Shown here: positions 1 to 12,696 of the stretch, piece after piece
How the letters are laid out: every line of letters starts with the position of its first letter
Position numbering within the stretch: position 1 is the stretch's first letter
Assembly: GCA_951406725.2 (NCBI GenBank)
Contig: OX597816.1
Span: 154,876,001-154,940,000, forward strand
Length of the DNA: 64,000 nt
Direction of reading: 5' to 3'
From: Octopus vulgaris
Lineage: Eukaryota
Program-made: the position numbers and the translations under genes
The notes under the pieces: model-generated
The model's database searches: none
What the model was told of the DNA's origin: nothing
What the model saw: only the letters and a program-made list of their open reading frames with translations

Positions 1-1884
1 TATATATATATTTCGTGCGCCAGTGTATGTATAAATTTCTGCTTAATTCACACCGAGTCAACAATAATATAATCGAAGGGAAATAAGTATTTAAAAGGAT
101 AAATGTAATCATGAGCCAAGCACGAACTGTCGGTAGCTTTTTGTTCTAGCTTAAGTTTCTTGCTGCCGTCTTTCAGTGTTTTTATGGAATTTTTATTGAT
201 TTCAATCGATCAGCCAGCAGGTTAATTTCAACTTTTGACCTACTAATTGATCAAGAGACAACTTTGTTGTTTTTCGATATGGTTTTTGCCTAATGCAGGT
301 AATTTGTTCTATTACCCATTCCATCGAGTTAAATGAAGTCAGTTGAGATATACGTATATGGGAAGGGATAGATTGCAGCTAATTTGATCTTGTGGCCCAT
401 TATATCGGTCATTCCGATTCTAATAATCTTACAACGAAAGAGAAACGAGATACGTGATAGTATGTTTTGTTTAGGAAAACGTTTAGATAACATTTACATG
501 GTCATCTAATCTGTTATAAATAGCAGCTAAATCTTCCTTCCTCTTCGAAACAGTTCACATTGGAAAATATACTTTGGAGTACAAATTACCCGCAAATGAT
601 TGAATTGTGACGGCTGGAATGCCTTTGAGACTAAATTTGTCCTATCATTAGTAATGTAAAGGAAAATAAACATTTACAAACTAAAATGCATATTTTGTGG
701 CAGTTGATGGCCAAATGGAGTTGATGGCCAACTTTAAAGTCTCTAAGGAATCCATAGATCAGGAAAGTGTTCCAGATTGGCGTTAGAAGTGCGTAGTTTG
801 GCATCGTGTGATGAGAACCATTCTGGATGACCGCAGACAGAAAATTGCATATTCATAATACTCACACACACTCACACACGTTCTGTTGTCTGCAACATTA
901 TATATTAATGAGGGCTCACTGTCAGAAAGAATACAGTCGAAGATGGATTTTGGTCCCACTCTATTCCGTTTACGTTTTGTTACCACGTGTTCTCTGAATT
1001 ATTAAAAGTGACTCCACGTGAACTATAATGACAAAGTACGATATTTATATAACTAAAATGAGTTCTCCGAGAATTGATTAGAGGATTGCAACAATGATTT
1101 ATTTTCATGATGGAGAGAAAATGTCAAGAATGACCTTGACCTGTTTGTTTTAATAATATATATGAATAAATCCGAGGATAGTAAAAGGTTTCTGCTCAAC
1201 CGGGGAAATGTTTCTAACAAATACAACAGAAAAAAAATTTAGTAAACTAATTGCCAAATGTTTTTATTTCTTGATTAGCTCTTTGTAGTAGGCGGTGAAA
1301 TATTTTAGCCTAATGCATTTTAGTATCTAATCTAATGAAATAGCGGTAGTAGAAACTACAAGTAGAGAAGCTTGTTAGCAATTATTTATTGGCTCGAGTT
1401 TACGTGTTGCATGTTAGTGAAATAATTTTTATAGTTGTGATCAGAAGAGTGTCATTTTATAGAGAAATAAATTTTGTAAAGTAAAAAAACAGAGTCCTAA
1501 AAATGCCGTTGGAGATCTATACCACAAAAATTACGCAGTGTGGTTTGTTTGTTTGGATAAATTTGTATTCTCCTCAAAGAAGGGGAATCTAACGTTCTAA
1601 GGTTCTTCCTTCATCTACGAACTGAACACAATGATATTTTTCTTCCTCAGAGAAATGGGCAACATATAAAGTCAGCTACCTCTCCCCATACTGCGTACAA
1701 AATTATAAAGTCGTGAACTAAGCTACATGTAAATAGAAAGGTTCGCTCGCTGTAAGTTAGATAACACGACTTCGAGTTCATCACTGTTTCAGTAATAGAA
1801 CAATCATCAGTAATCGTATGCTTGGTAATACATTGCTTTATTAAATCAACTTTATTGTCATTGTGAGCTCTATTGTCTTTAATA

Positions 1885-2085
1885 TATTCATAATTATTTA
1901 CATTATTTATATTTGACGGATATTTCTCCTCATTTTTGTTGTTAACATAACGTTTGAACTGATATACTCTCCAGCCTTCAAGGGTCTTGGGGATATTTTG
2001 AACCTGGGTTCTCATTCCTTAGGTATTTTTCGATGTTCTTCTTCTTCTTCTTCTTCTTCTTCTTCTTCTTCTTCTTCTTCTTCTT

Positions 2086-2151
<66 letters not shown>

Positions 2152-2231
2152 GAGTGAGAGAGCAGTTCATGCCATCAAAGTGACACTGGGGTAAATTATA
2201 CGAAGCCCAATATACCCATTATTATTATTAC

Positions 2232-2290
<59 letters not shown>

Positions 2291-2367
2291 TCTCTGCCTG
2301 GAATCGAACTCAGAATCCTGGGGTTAGTGGCCCGCGCTCTTAATCACTACGCCATAATGACCGTGGG
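1885..2367 (-). mobile_element. tRNA-headed SINE-like element with Penelope-type tail (copy A, decayed hammerhead)
   Basis: Reverse complement of the copy at 2386-2790: box A/box B head at ~2290-2356, (AAT)n/(GAA)n linker, then tail AACATCGAAAAATACC..GAAGGCTGGAGAGTATATCAG..ATGTAAATAAT. Confidence 0.8.
2152..2219 (-). mobile_element. Short 3' terminus of a retroelement inserted in (AAT)n
   Basis: The same sequence occurs at 33175-33250 (+) and 56290-56380 (-), each time abutting (AAT)n. Confidence 0.6.
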
Positions 2368-2385
2368 TACCTCACTGAGATATGA

Positions 2386-2470
2386 CCACGGGCATAGTGT
2401 CATATGGCGTAGTGGTTAAAAGCGTGGGCTAGTAACCCCAAGATTCTGAGTTCGATTCGAGGCAGTGACA

Positions 2471-2525
<55 letters not shown>

Positions 2526-2526
2526 G

Positions 2527-2608
<82 letters not shown>

Positions 2609-2790
2609 TCGAAAAATACCTTAGGAATGAAAAGGTTCGAAATTTCTCCAAGACACCTGATGAAGGCTGGAGAGTATATCAGCCAAAACGTTGTGTTAAC
2701 AACAAACAGGATGAGGGCAAATATCCGTCAAATGTAAATAATGTAAATAATGTACCTAGTTCCTCATCTCTCAAATATAGAACTGTATAT
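2386..2790 (+). mobile_element. tRNA-headed SINE-like element with Penelope-type tail (copy B)
   Basis: Box A TGGCGTAGTGG at 2405-2415, box B GTTCGATTC at 2450-2458, (AAT)n(AAC)n linker, and a tail at 2605-2790 that matches 4200-4300. Confidence 0.8.
2652..2697 (+). ncRNA. Minimal type-I hammerhead ribozyme motif (core GAAA mutated to AAAA)
   Basis: GACAC-CTGATGA-aGGCTG gagagtatat CAGCC-AAAA-CGTT-GTGTT; stems I and II pair, but the conserved G of GAAA is replaced by A in this copy. Confidence 0.6.
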
Positions 2791-2869
2791 TCATAATGTA
2801 TAATTTTCAAACTTCAGAATTAACGAAACATACAACCTAAGAAATATTAGCGGTTTAAATTGTCATGCG

Positions 2870-2956
<87 letters not shown>

Positions 2957-2961
2957 CATCA

Positions 2962-3033
<72 letters not shown>

Positions 3034-3089
3034 GCCTGCCTGCCTGCCTGTCTGTCTGTCTGTCTGTCTGTGTATCAATGAATGAATGG

Positions 3090-3175
<86 letters not shown>

Positions 3176-3176
3176 T
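2870..3176. repeat. (TCTA)n/(TCTG)n microsatellite
   Basis: Direct tetranucleotide repeat. Confidence 0.95.
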
Positions 3177-3685
3177 TATAATCGACTTACCCCCTGGAAT
3201 CGCAAGCCTTGTGTCAAAATTTGAAACTGATATTTCTTGCTGATAAAGTGATATTTCACTTTATCACTGTATAAAGTGATATATCACATTTACTTCTTTA
3301 TATTTCTGGTTGATTTATATACCAACCATTTATGACGTCAACAACCTTTATTTATTCTGTGGATAAACGAGTAATTGCTTTTAGTTCAAGACTTGTTGAC
3401 AAACCTGAATAGTCATCGACGTATAGAGATATGTTACGCGGGAACTTGTGGGAAATATCTTATCCAATATATTTTTCAGCACGTTTTTTTTCATTAACAT
3501 ATACATTAATTCATAGCACCGACTGAATGTTGGGTTGCTGTGCATCTCACTGAGATGCACTAAAATTGCACTGCCTGGATTCATAAATGATGCGACTAAA
3601 ATTAGACATACATGCACACACATATACATCCACACAGACTTATATTTACATATGTGAGTAAGCATATATGTATGCGTGCGTGCTT

Positions 3686-3711
<26 letters not shown>

Positions 3712-3716
<5 letters not shown>

Positions 3717-4200
3717 CACTCGGTCTTCTTAGGCGGTGGTTGTGTCCTAGCATATGTGCTGCTTCTTTTAGTTTTCGTATTTTCCAGTTGTGTTCTCTGT
3801 CTATTATTTTAACTTCATCCCACAGGGGGAGGTGGTCTCCATTTTTTCCATACATGGTCAGCTATACCCGATTTATCAATATCTCCCCGCGTCACAGCTT
3901 TGCGATGTTCCTCTACCCTTATTTTGAGGGAGTGGCATGTTTCGCCTTTGTATGACTTACCACAGCTTCATGGGATGGAGTACACACAATTCTTAGTCAT
4001 ATTCTCTTCTATTGGTGGTTTTATTCGAAGGAGATATTTGCGAAGTGTTGTATTTTTTTGAATACTGTCCTGATGTCATATGGGCTGCATATCTTTTGTA
4101 TCTTTTCGGAGAGATCTTTCACCTAGGGTAGACAGACTATGAACTGTTTATCAGTTTCATCCTCTCTTTTCTTCATAACTGGAGTGGAGAGTATGCTTTT
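3712..4200 (-). mobile_element. Penelope-like element fragment, GIY-YIG endonuclease region (disrupted)
   Basis: Minus strand reads ..KDLSEKIQKICSPYDIRTVF.., CVYSIP*SCGKSYKGET (GIY-YIG motif) and EVKIIDREHNWKIRKLKEAAHM. Confidence 0.85.
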
Positions 4201-4300
4201 GAACCTGAGGAAGGTTCAAGATGAGGACACATATCTGTCAATTGTAAACAATGTAAATAACGTACATAATTCATCATCTCTTAAATATAAGACTGTAAAA
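4200..4300 (+). mobile_element. Inverted pLTR/tail segment abutting the PLE fragment
   Basis: CCTGAGGAAGG..GATGAGGACACATATCTGTCAATTGTAAACAATGTAAATAA..TCATCTCTTAAATATA matches 2656-2790 with hammerhead stems II/III deleted. Confidence 0.7.
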
Positions 4301-4317
4301 CATATACAGCCTTCACA

Positions 4318-4501
4318 TTTTGGCACAAGGGCAGCAATTGTGGGGAAAGTCGAATACATCGACTGATACTTATTTTATCGACCCCCGAAAGAATGAAAGG
4401 CATAGTCGATCTTGGCGGAATTTGAACTCAGAACGTAAAGACGAACGAAATTCCGCTAAGCATTATGCCCGGCGCGCTAACGACTCTTCCAGTTTCCCAC
4501 C

Positions 4502-4552
<51 letters not shown>

Positions 4553-4694
4553 CCTAGGGTGCCATATAGGGTGCCTAGGGTACAACACCAAATATATGGC
4601 ACCCTAGGCATAACACCAACAGGAACTTCTAATTTGTTGTCTCCTTGGAGCCAACTTGTACAAATACGAAGCAAAAGCCAAACATATACTACTA

Positions 4695-4763
<69 letters not shown>

Positions 4764-5227
4764 ATAATAATAATAATAATAATAATAATCTTTTCTACTA
4801 ATGGCACAAGGCTTGAAATTTGGTGGGGACGGGTCCAGTCGATTACAACGACACCTGTGTTTCACTGGTACTTAATTTATCGAACCCGAAACGATGAAAG
4901 ACAAAGTCAAATTCCTCGAAATTTGAACCCAGAATCTAAGGGCGAACAAAATGTTGCGAAGCATTTTCCCCGGCGTACTAAAGATTCTGCCATATTTTCT
5001 CACAAGAGCAGTAATTTTGGGAGATGGGCTCAGTCGATTACGCCGTCCCCAATGTTCAACTGGTACTTAATTTATCGACCCCGAAAGGATGAATGGTAAA
5101 GTCGACCTCGGCCGAATTTGAACTCAGAACATAGCGACAGATGAAATACCGCTAAACAGTTTTGTCCGGCATATTTACGATTCTGCCAGCTCTCCGCCTT
5201 AATAATAATAATAATAATGATGATGAT

Positions 5228-5275
<48 letters not shown>

Positions 5276-5467
5276 AATCTTTTCTACGATAGGCACAAAG
5301 AGCCTGAAATTTTTGCAGGGAGGGGAATATCAATTACATCAACTTTAGTGCATAACTGGTACTTATTTCATCAACCCCGAAAGGATGAAAGGTAAAGTCG
5401 ACCTCGGCGGAATTTGAACTCAGAACGTAGCGGCAAATGAAATACTGCTAAGCATTTCGCTCGGCGA
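4318..5467 (-). mobile_element. Cluster of four tRNA-derived SINE copies (dominant family; central domain resembles Meta/MESC type) interleaved with trinucleotide repeats
   Basis: Copies at ~4318-4503, 4790-5000, 5000-5200 and 5280-5467 share the reverse complement of GTTCTGAGTTCAAATTCCGCCGAGGTCGACTTTGCCTTTCATCCTTTCGGGGTCGATAAA. Confidence 0.85.
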
Positions 5468-5911
5468 AGAAAAAAAATCATAATGATGATGATGATGATG
5501 ATGGTTATATTTTTTTCGACAAACACCAATTGTATTTGTTTACGATTCCTTTTCAATAATAAAAAAATATTTCATTTCCATTCCGATTGGTGACGATTAT
5601 TTTATGATATTGCTTTTATATGTTCCGCATGATATCATATACCATATGCCTCCTGTCGCATTTACATACAAAAATGTTTAGAATAAATCAATATCATATT
5701 TGAAGCAAAAACGAAACAAATATCGATTAACATTTCTGTATATTAGGATGAAATTATTATACATGAATAAATAAATAAATAAATAAATAAATATATAAAT
5801 ATATACATGTATGCATATGCATACGTATATACATACACACGCATACATACACACTTATGTCTGTGTGTGTGTATGTGCATGCGTGTGCGTATGTACATAT
5901 ATATATATATA

Positions 5912-6065
5912 TCTGTAAATGTAATATGTGACAATTATTCGGTAGCCATGATAAAACTCGGAGTTTTATCATGACTACCGAATAATTGTCACATATTACA
6001 ATTACAGATAAATTCCTTTATTTATCGAGCTCTCTTTCATTCTTTTGTTGTCATATCATTTTTAT

Positions 6066-6070
<5 letters not shown>
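5912..6070. repeat. ~98-bp near-perfect palindrome (5912-6009) built from a PLE-type end, flanked by (TA)n
   Basis: ATCTGTAAATGTAATATGTGACAATTATTCGGTAGCCATGATAAAACTC-G-GAGTTTTATCATGACTACCGAATAATTGTCACATATTACAATTACAGAT; same family as 19395-19600. Confidence 0.9.
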
Positions 6071-6121
<51 letters not shown>

Positions 6122-6319
6122 AATAGAGCGGATATATTAATTTGAATGATATTTTCTGTACCTAAATATGTTGATGCAACAGAAAAGATCGTCAGCATTG
6201 TAAAATGAGTTCAACAATTAAAGATGTGATTTTCTCTATCCGTATTTTTGTTGTTTTATATGTATATATAAAACTATATGTATATACTTACATATACATA
6301 CATATATACATACACGCAG

Positions 6320-9300
6320 ATCGAGGACTCGTCGCACAAATAAAAATATTTACGGACCCCTAACCAATACAAAACCCACAACCACAAACATTTTCAGTTC
6401 CCCAAAGAGAAGAACTCTTTTTTAACCATAATGAATCTGGGGAAAGGGTTACAAAAGAACATTCTAGCTATCACACAATGGCACCCTCACCACCATCCAA
6501 TTGCACAAATTCCCTTTGCTGTCATTAGCAAGTAAATCACAAAAACAGTGAAAATCATCCACCACTATCGCCTTAACATTTTTGCTCAATGTACAAGGAA
6601 TTAACCCTTCCACCAATGCCCAAAAATAGAAGATCCAATTTATCTCGTTCTTCGTCCTCACTGAGACCCATCTCAACCTCAACTTGGAAGCTGAGGTGAG
6701 AGTGAAGAATTTTACAGTTATCCATGCAGATCATGTTGGCAGAAGAAAGGGTGAAACCACCATTTTCCTACACGATACTTTTTCGGCTTAAGCAATGGTC
6801 GTATTTACCAATGGCTACTGTGAAGCAGCTTCTGTGTAGTGTAAAACGAACACTAATAGTAGTTGGGCTGTATAGATCACTCCTAACTCCTCTACTACGC
6901 TTCAAGAATTGCCTAAACAATATTAAGTGTTTCATCCATCAGTCATGCTAACAACATATTAATGCTGGGGGACTTCAACCTTCCCAGTGTTGATTGGTCC
7001 ACAAACAGCTAGAAACCAGGCTTTTCTATCTCAACCACTGATAAGGAAACAATCGAATTGCTTTTTGATATTCCATGGATGAATTTTTCTTGACCCAAAA
7101 AGGTGTCACAAAACCTCCTTGGGCCTAGTGTTCAATAACCACACTGGCACTATCTACAATACTGCAGTGAAAAAATCACGAATACTTTCAGACCATGACA
7201 TGGTTCTCTGTGATCTGAGATTCTACTATCCAAAGATAAAACACAGTGACGTCTCTCCAGCCCATCATTTGACACTATGGATCTTCATAATGCAGACTGG
7301 AATGCCATCACAAGTTGATTGGGCCTTCACGCACGCCCCCACCTACCAACATAAATACATCATAGCAGACATTTGTAGAAGCTGTAACAAATATATGCGC
7401 AAAACAAATTTAAATGCAGAATCACTAGAAATGGAAGAGAAATTATCAGAAAAATAGAAAGAATTGACAAGAAAATCAACCAACTTAAATACTGCCAGAA
7501 GCAATGAACCCATTCGACTACCATTGCATCACTCGAATTGAAAAATACAACCTCCAAAAATCATGATGACCATCATTAACAACCAAAGAACAGCTGAGGA
7601 AAACTGGGCCCTTGAGAAAATAAAACTCAATCCCAAAGTGTCTTTTCATTTGCAAAAAGCATAAAATCACTGTTTGCACTGTTGGTCCTTTGGTTGATGT
7701 GAACAACACACTATATGATGATGCAAAATCCATGTGCGAGATTCTGCAGAAACAATACTGCTCTGTTTTCAGTAATCCTACTACGGTTGATCTGGTTAGT
7801 ATCAGTGATGTAAAACCTCAATTAACTATATCTGACATAACTTTTGGTGCTCTTGATATCCTATCAGAAGTAAATAAGAGCATGCACAACTCAGCAGTAG
7901 TTCCCGATATGTTCCGGGTCACTATCCTGAAAATTTGTCGACATCAAATTGAACCCCCTCTAGCTGAGCTCTGAAGGAACTCACTTGACGCAGGCTATAT
8001 TCCTGATCACTTTCTTTCCCAGCCTGTCATTCTAGTTTTCAAAAAGGGAAGCAAATCACTTGCAGTGGATTATCGCTCGATTTCACTCAGCTCTCACATC
8101 ACTAAAGTATTTGAGAAGGTTAATTGAGAGGGTGGTGAGATCGCGAACAACCCACTTCCCCGAAGACAATAATCTGCTGAACCCCAACCAGCGTAGTTTC
8201 CGTGATGGCAAGGACGGCCAGTCGTAGCTTCTGCACCATTTTGATGACATTTTAAAAACTTTGGGAGAAGGCTCCAACACTGATGTCATATACCTTGATT
8301 TCAGCAAGGCATTTGACAGAGTGGGTCACAAAATTCTGCTGAAGAAACTGCCCAACATTGGGGAAAGCTGTTGCAGTGGATAAAGTATTTCCTGACGAAC
8401 AGAACCCAACATCTTGTGTTTGAGGGATTCCGATCAAGCTCAGCCAAATTTAGTAGTGGTGTGCCACAAGATAGTGCGTTGGGCCAATTCCTCTTAGTTA
8501 TCTATATCATTGACATAGTAGACTTCATCAAACACTGTACATTGAAAATCTTTGCTGATAATTGCAAACTCCAGAAGGCCATAAAGGGTATGGGAAACCG
8601 AACATGCCTTCAGTCAGATCTGTTTGCTGTTGTCCAATGGGCGGAAAAGAACAATATGCTTCTAAATGAAACTATCATATGCCCTTCCGACGGGCGACTA
8701 CCTAGTGTCATCTAACAACACCAGAGACCTTCGAGTAATTGCTGATAACACTGGTAATACTCAAGGTGTGCTCTTGGATTCTGAGTCTAGAGATACTCAC
8801 ACCTTCATCATCCTTCTCTACTCTACTTTTGCCCGACTCCAGCTTGAATACTGTTGCCCACTGTGGTCTCCCCACACGAAGTGAAACATTATGAAAGTGG
8901 AAGCACTCCAGAGATCAATACCAAGAAAGACAGACAACATGACAGGCATTGATTACTGGAGTCGACTAAAAAAACTCAGTTTCTAACCTCTCCAACGCCG
9001 CACTGAGCGATACAACATTGGTGTGATGTGGAAAATATTCCATCAATATTGCACAAATGATGTTGGCATTATTTTAGAATCCACCGAAGACTTGGCCCCA
9101 GTGCTATCAGCCCACTACAAAAATCGAACTCAAAACACATAACAATATTACGACACAGCCACTTTATCTCAACCGGTCCAGCTCTGTTTAATATTACTCC
9201 AAAATAAATCAAAACGGAAACAGATTCCATAAAATTCAAAAGTTCTCTGAACAAATATCACAAAAAAAAAAAATCTCAGACCAACCTCCTACACCTGGTT

Positions 9301-9441
9301 ATGTCACCAACAACAATAACACTTTGCTAGAGTGGACCATGGTGTCCTGTATATGACTGAGGTATGAATCACGATCTAAAAGACATCACCATTAAGTTAG
9401 ACATGGCCTGGGCCTATACTAGCCGAAACCTATCTAAGTTA
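6320..9441 (+). mobile_element. CR1-type LINE with decayed ORF2 (APE endonuclease + RT)
   Basis: VLTETHL, MLGDFNLP, SDHDMV, YLDFSKAFDRV, SGVPQDSALG, KIFADNCKL and LEYCCPLWSPH motifs across frameshifts; 3' end shared with 30099-30170 and 52325-52400. Confidence 0.9.
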
Positions 9442-9469
9442 CACATACATACATACATACATACATACA

Positions 9470-9503
<34 letters not shown>

Positions 9504-9653
9504 CATACATGCATGCATACATACATGCATACATACATACATACATACATACATACATACATACATACATACATACATACATACATACATACATACATAC
9601 ATGCATACATACATACATACATACATACATACATACATACATACATACATACA

Positions 9654-9687
<34 letters not shown>

Positions 9688-9751
9688 CATACATATATAT
9701 ACATACATGCATGCATACATACATACATACATACATACATACATACATACA

Positions 9752-9785
<34 letters not shown>

Positions 9786-11040
9786 CATACATGCATGCAT
9801 ACATACATACATACATACATACATACATACATACATACATACATACATACATACATACATACATACATACATACATACATACATACATACATACATACAT
9901 ACATACATACATACATACATACATACATACATACATACATACATACATACATACATACATACATACATACATACATACATACATACATACATACATACAT
10001 ACATACATACATACATACATACATACATACATACATACATACATACATACATACATACATACATACATACATACATACATACATACATACATACATACAT
10101 ACATACATACATACATACATACATACATACATACATACATACATACATACATACATACATACATACATACATACATACATACATACATACATACATACAT
10201 ACATACATACATACATACATGCATGCATACATACATACATCATACATACATACATACATACATACATACATACATACATACATACATACATACATACATA
10301 CATACATACATACATACATGCATGCATACATACATACATACATACATACATACATACATACATACATACATACATACATACATACATACATACATACATA
10401 CATACATGCATACATACATGCATACATACATACATACATGCATGCATACATACATACATACATACATACATACATACATACATACATACATACATACATA
10501 CATACATACATACATACATACATACATACATACATACATACATACATACATACATACATACATACATACATACATACATACATACATACATACATACATA
10601 CATACATACATACATACATACATACATACATACATACATACATACATACATGCATGCATACATACATACATACATACATACATACATACATACATACATA
10701 CATACATACATACATACATACATACATACATACATACATACATACATACATACATACATACATACATACATACATGCATGCATACATACATACATACATA
10801 CATACATGCATGCATACATACATACATACATACATACATACATACATACATACATACATACATACATACATACATGCATACATACATACATACATACATA
10901 CATACATGCATACATACATACATACATACATACATACATACATACATACATACATGCATGCATACATACATACATACATACATACATACATGCATACATA
11001 CATACATACATGCATGCATACATACATACATACATATATA
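9442..11040. repeat. ~1.6-kb (ACAT)n microsatellite with interspersed ATGC variants
   Basis: Direct repeat; source of the 500+ aa HTYI/MYVC pseudo-ORFs. Confidence 0.98.
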
Positions 11041-11338
11041 TGCATCATTTGCTTGTTTCAGTTGCGGCCCTCCTGAGGAATCATCTAAAAGGAATTAGAC
11101 GAACAAATCTACTCCAGTATTTCTTATATCGATAACTGCTTTTTGAACCGTTATTTATGGCGAGTTAATTTTTGTGTTTGCAGACGGACAAACACAAAGA
11201 TGATCACACAATACACCATGGGATTCTACACAATTTCCGCTAACTAAATTCAATCACAAGGCGTTGTCAGCCAGAAGATATAGAAGACGCCCAAGTTGTG
11301 TTCACTGGGCTACAAACAGTACACACACAAACATACAT

Positions 11339-11397
<59 letters not shown>

Positions 11398-11399
11398 CA

Positions 11400-11670
11400 C
11401 TCGTCACTAAAGTAACTAAGGGTGTAAGTCAATATTGCTAGAAATAAGAGTCAAATCAACAACTCTTAGCCATGGGCAAAACACTTATCTAAAGATACAA
11501 GTTGCTTACGGCAAGTGAGATAGAGCCAGATCATCAATGATTTCCTATTTAATTAATCCACATCAGTGACCCTTACTCAGTTGCCGAGGGCTAAACTTAA
11601 AAGTTGTTTTGAGTTTTATTTCTAGCAATATTGGTGCTAACTTGCATCCTTAGTAACTTAGGTGACGATT
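11400..11670. mobile_element. Fold-back/MITE-like element with ~80-bp imperfect terminal inverted repeats
   Basis: Left TCGTCACTAAAGTAACTAAGGGTGTAAGTCAATATTGCTAGAAATAAGAG versus right TTATTTCTAGCAATATTGG..CTTGCATCCTTAGTAACTTAGGTGACGA; further partial arm at ~11725-11800. Confidence 0.7.
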
Positions 11671-11934
11671 ATACATGTGCATTTTGGTAGTTATTTCGCG
11701 AATACCCATCTTAATAATTTAAACCTCACTAATTGTGACTGAGGGTGCAGAATAACACTTATGTTGCTAGAAATAAGAGTTAAAACCCTTAAGGCTACAT
11801 GAGGCTTACAATAATTTACATTCACCGAGAGGAGAGATAGCTGTCCCATGAGCAAAGCTATGAGCACTGGACCGATTTCAGTATATACATACAATCATAC
11901 ATACATACATACATACATACCTTGTCCTATTTTC

Positions 11935-12010
<76 letters not shown>

Positions 12011-12015
<5 letters not shown>

Positions 12016-12368
12016 AAATAGGGTAATAATAAATTATTATTACCAGTGGCCTAGCACAAAAAGCGAATTAGTCAATAGACTATATGTTATTCATATAGAA
12101 ATACAATGAGAGGCTTCAAAATAGGAACGCGTTGTGCTAGAACACAAAAAAGGATAAATTCACGAAAGGAATGAAAATTAAAAACGTTTACCATCTCAAC
12201 TATATCCCAGACCGACGGTTTCTAACTATTTCCAGCCAAAAAGTATTTGCTGAAGGCCAGTTTCTTCAGTGGGACAGCCTTTAGAATCCAGACATACAAA
12301 CCGCTAGATCCACATGTAGACCTAACGGTTTGTAAATCCTAACTTTTCAAACCACTGCGCAGACGCAG

Positions 12369-12370
<2 letters not shown>
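12011..12370 (-). mobile_element. PLE pLTR-like unit between (TA)n tracts
   Basis: Contains a hammerhead motif and is bounded by (TA)n on both sides; no ORF seen. Confidence 0.5.
12203..12277 (-). ncRNA. Type-I hammerhead ribozyme motif, intact core, GUC cleavage triplet
   Basis: Reverse complement: TGTCCCA-CTGAAGA-(aact..ttcagc..gctggaa..agtta)-GAAA-CCGTCGG-TC-TGGGATA; 7-bp stem I. Confidence 0.8.
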
Positions 12371-12418
<48 letters not shown>

Positions 12419-12696
12419 CATACATGTAAACCGAAATTGGGGAATATTGATATTATTTATCCTGTTACATGTTTCTTTACGAATAGGGGTTACTTTGGTA
12501 CACACGTAGAAAAACATATAATACCCCGCCCCCGTTAGTAATTCATGAGACAAAGAATTAAGATATCTTAATTCTGTATCTGATAAATTACTATTGCGAG
12601 ATGCATTATTTGTTTTCCTCATGCATATCGAACTGATGTAATTTTTATTAGTAACAAAAAAAAAATGCATATGTAATATGTAATAAATGAAAGAAC

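Noticed and set aside
690-990. Possible host exon after TTTTGTGGCAG
   Set aside because: Short frames, no recognisable protein and no partner exons; cannot be supported without RNA data.
2400-2470. tRNA gene
   Set aside because: Box A/B are present, but there is no proper acceptor stem, the anticodon loop differs between the two copies, and it is fused to a repeat tail, so it is a SINE head.
9400-9441. Hammerhead at the CR1 3' end (stem + GAAAC)
   Set aside because: No upstream CUGANGA in any of the three copies; treated as a plain 3' stem-loop.
11070-11110. Hammerhead-like CTGAGGA..stem..CGAAC
   Set aside because: No GAAA core and no stem I/III pairing.
9364-11135. 500+ aa ORFs on both strands
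   Set aside because: Translations of (ACAT)n, which lacks stop codons; the same applies to the poly-L/N/I/T, YLSI and YI ORFs elsewhere.
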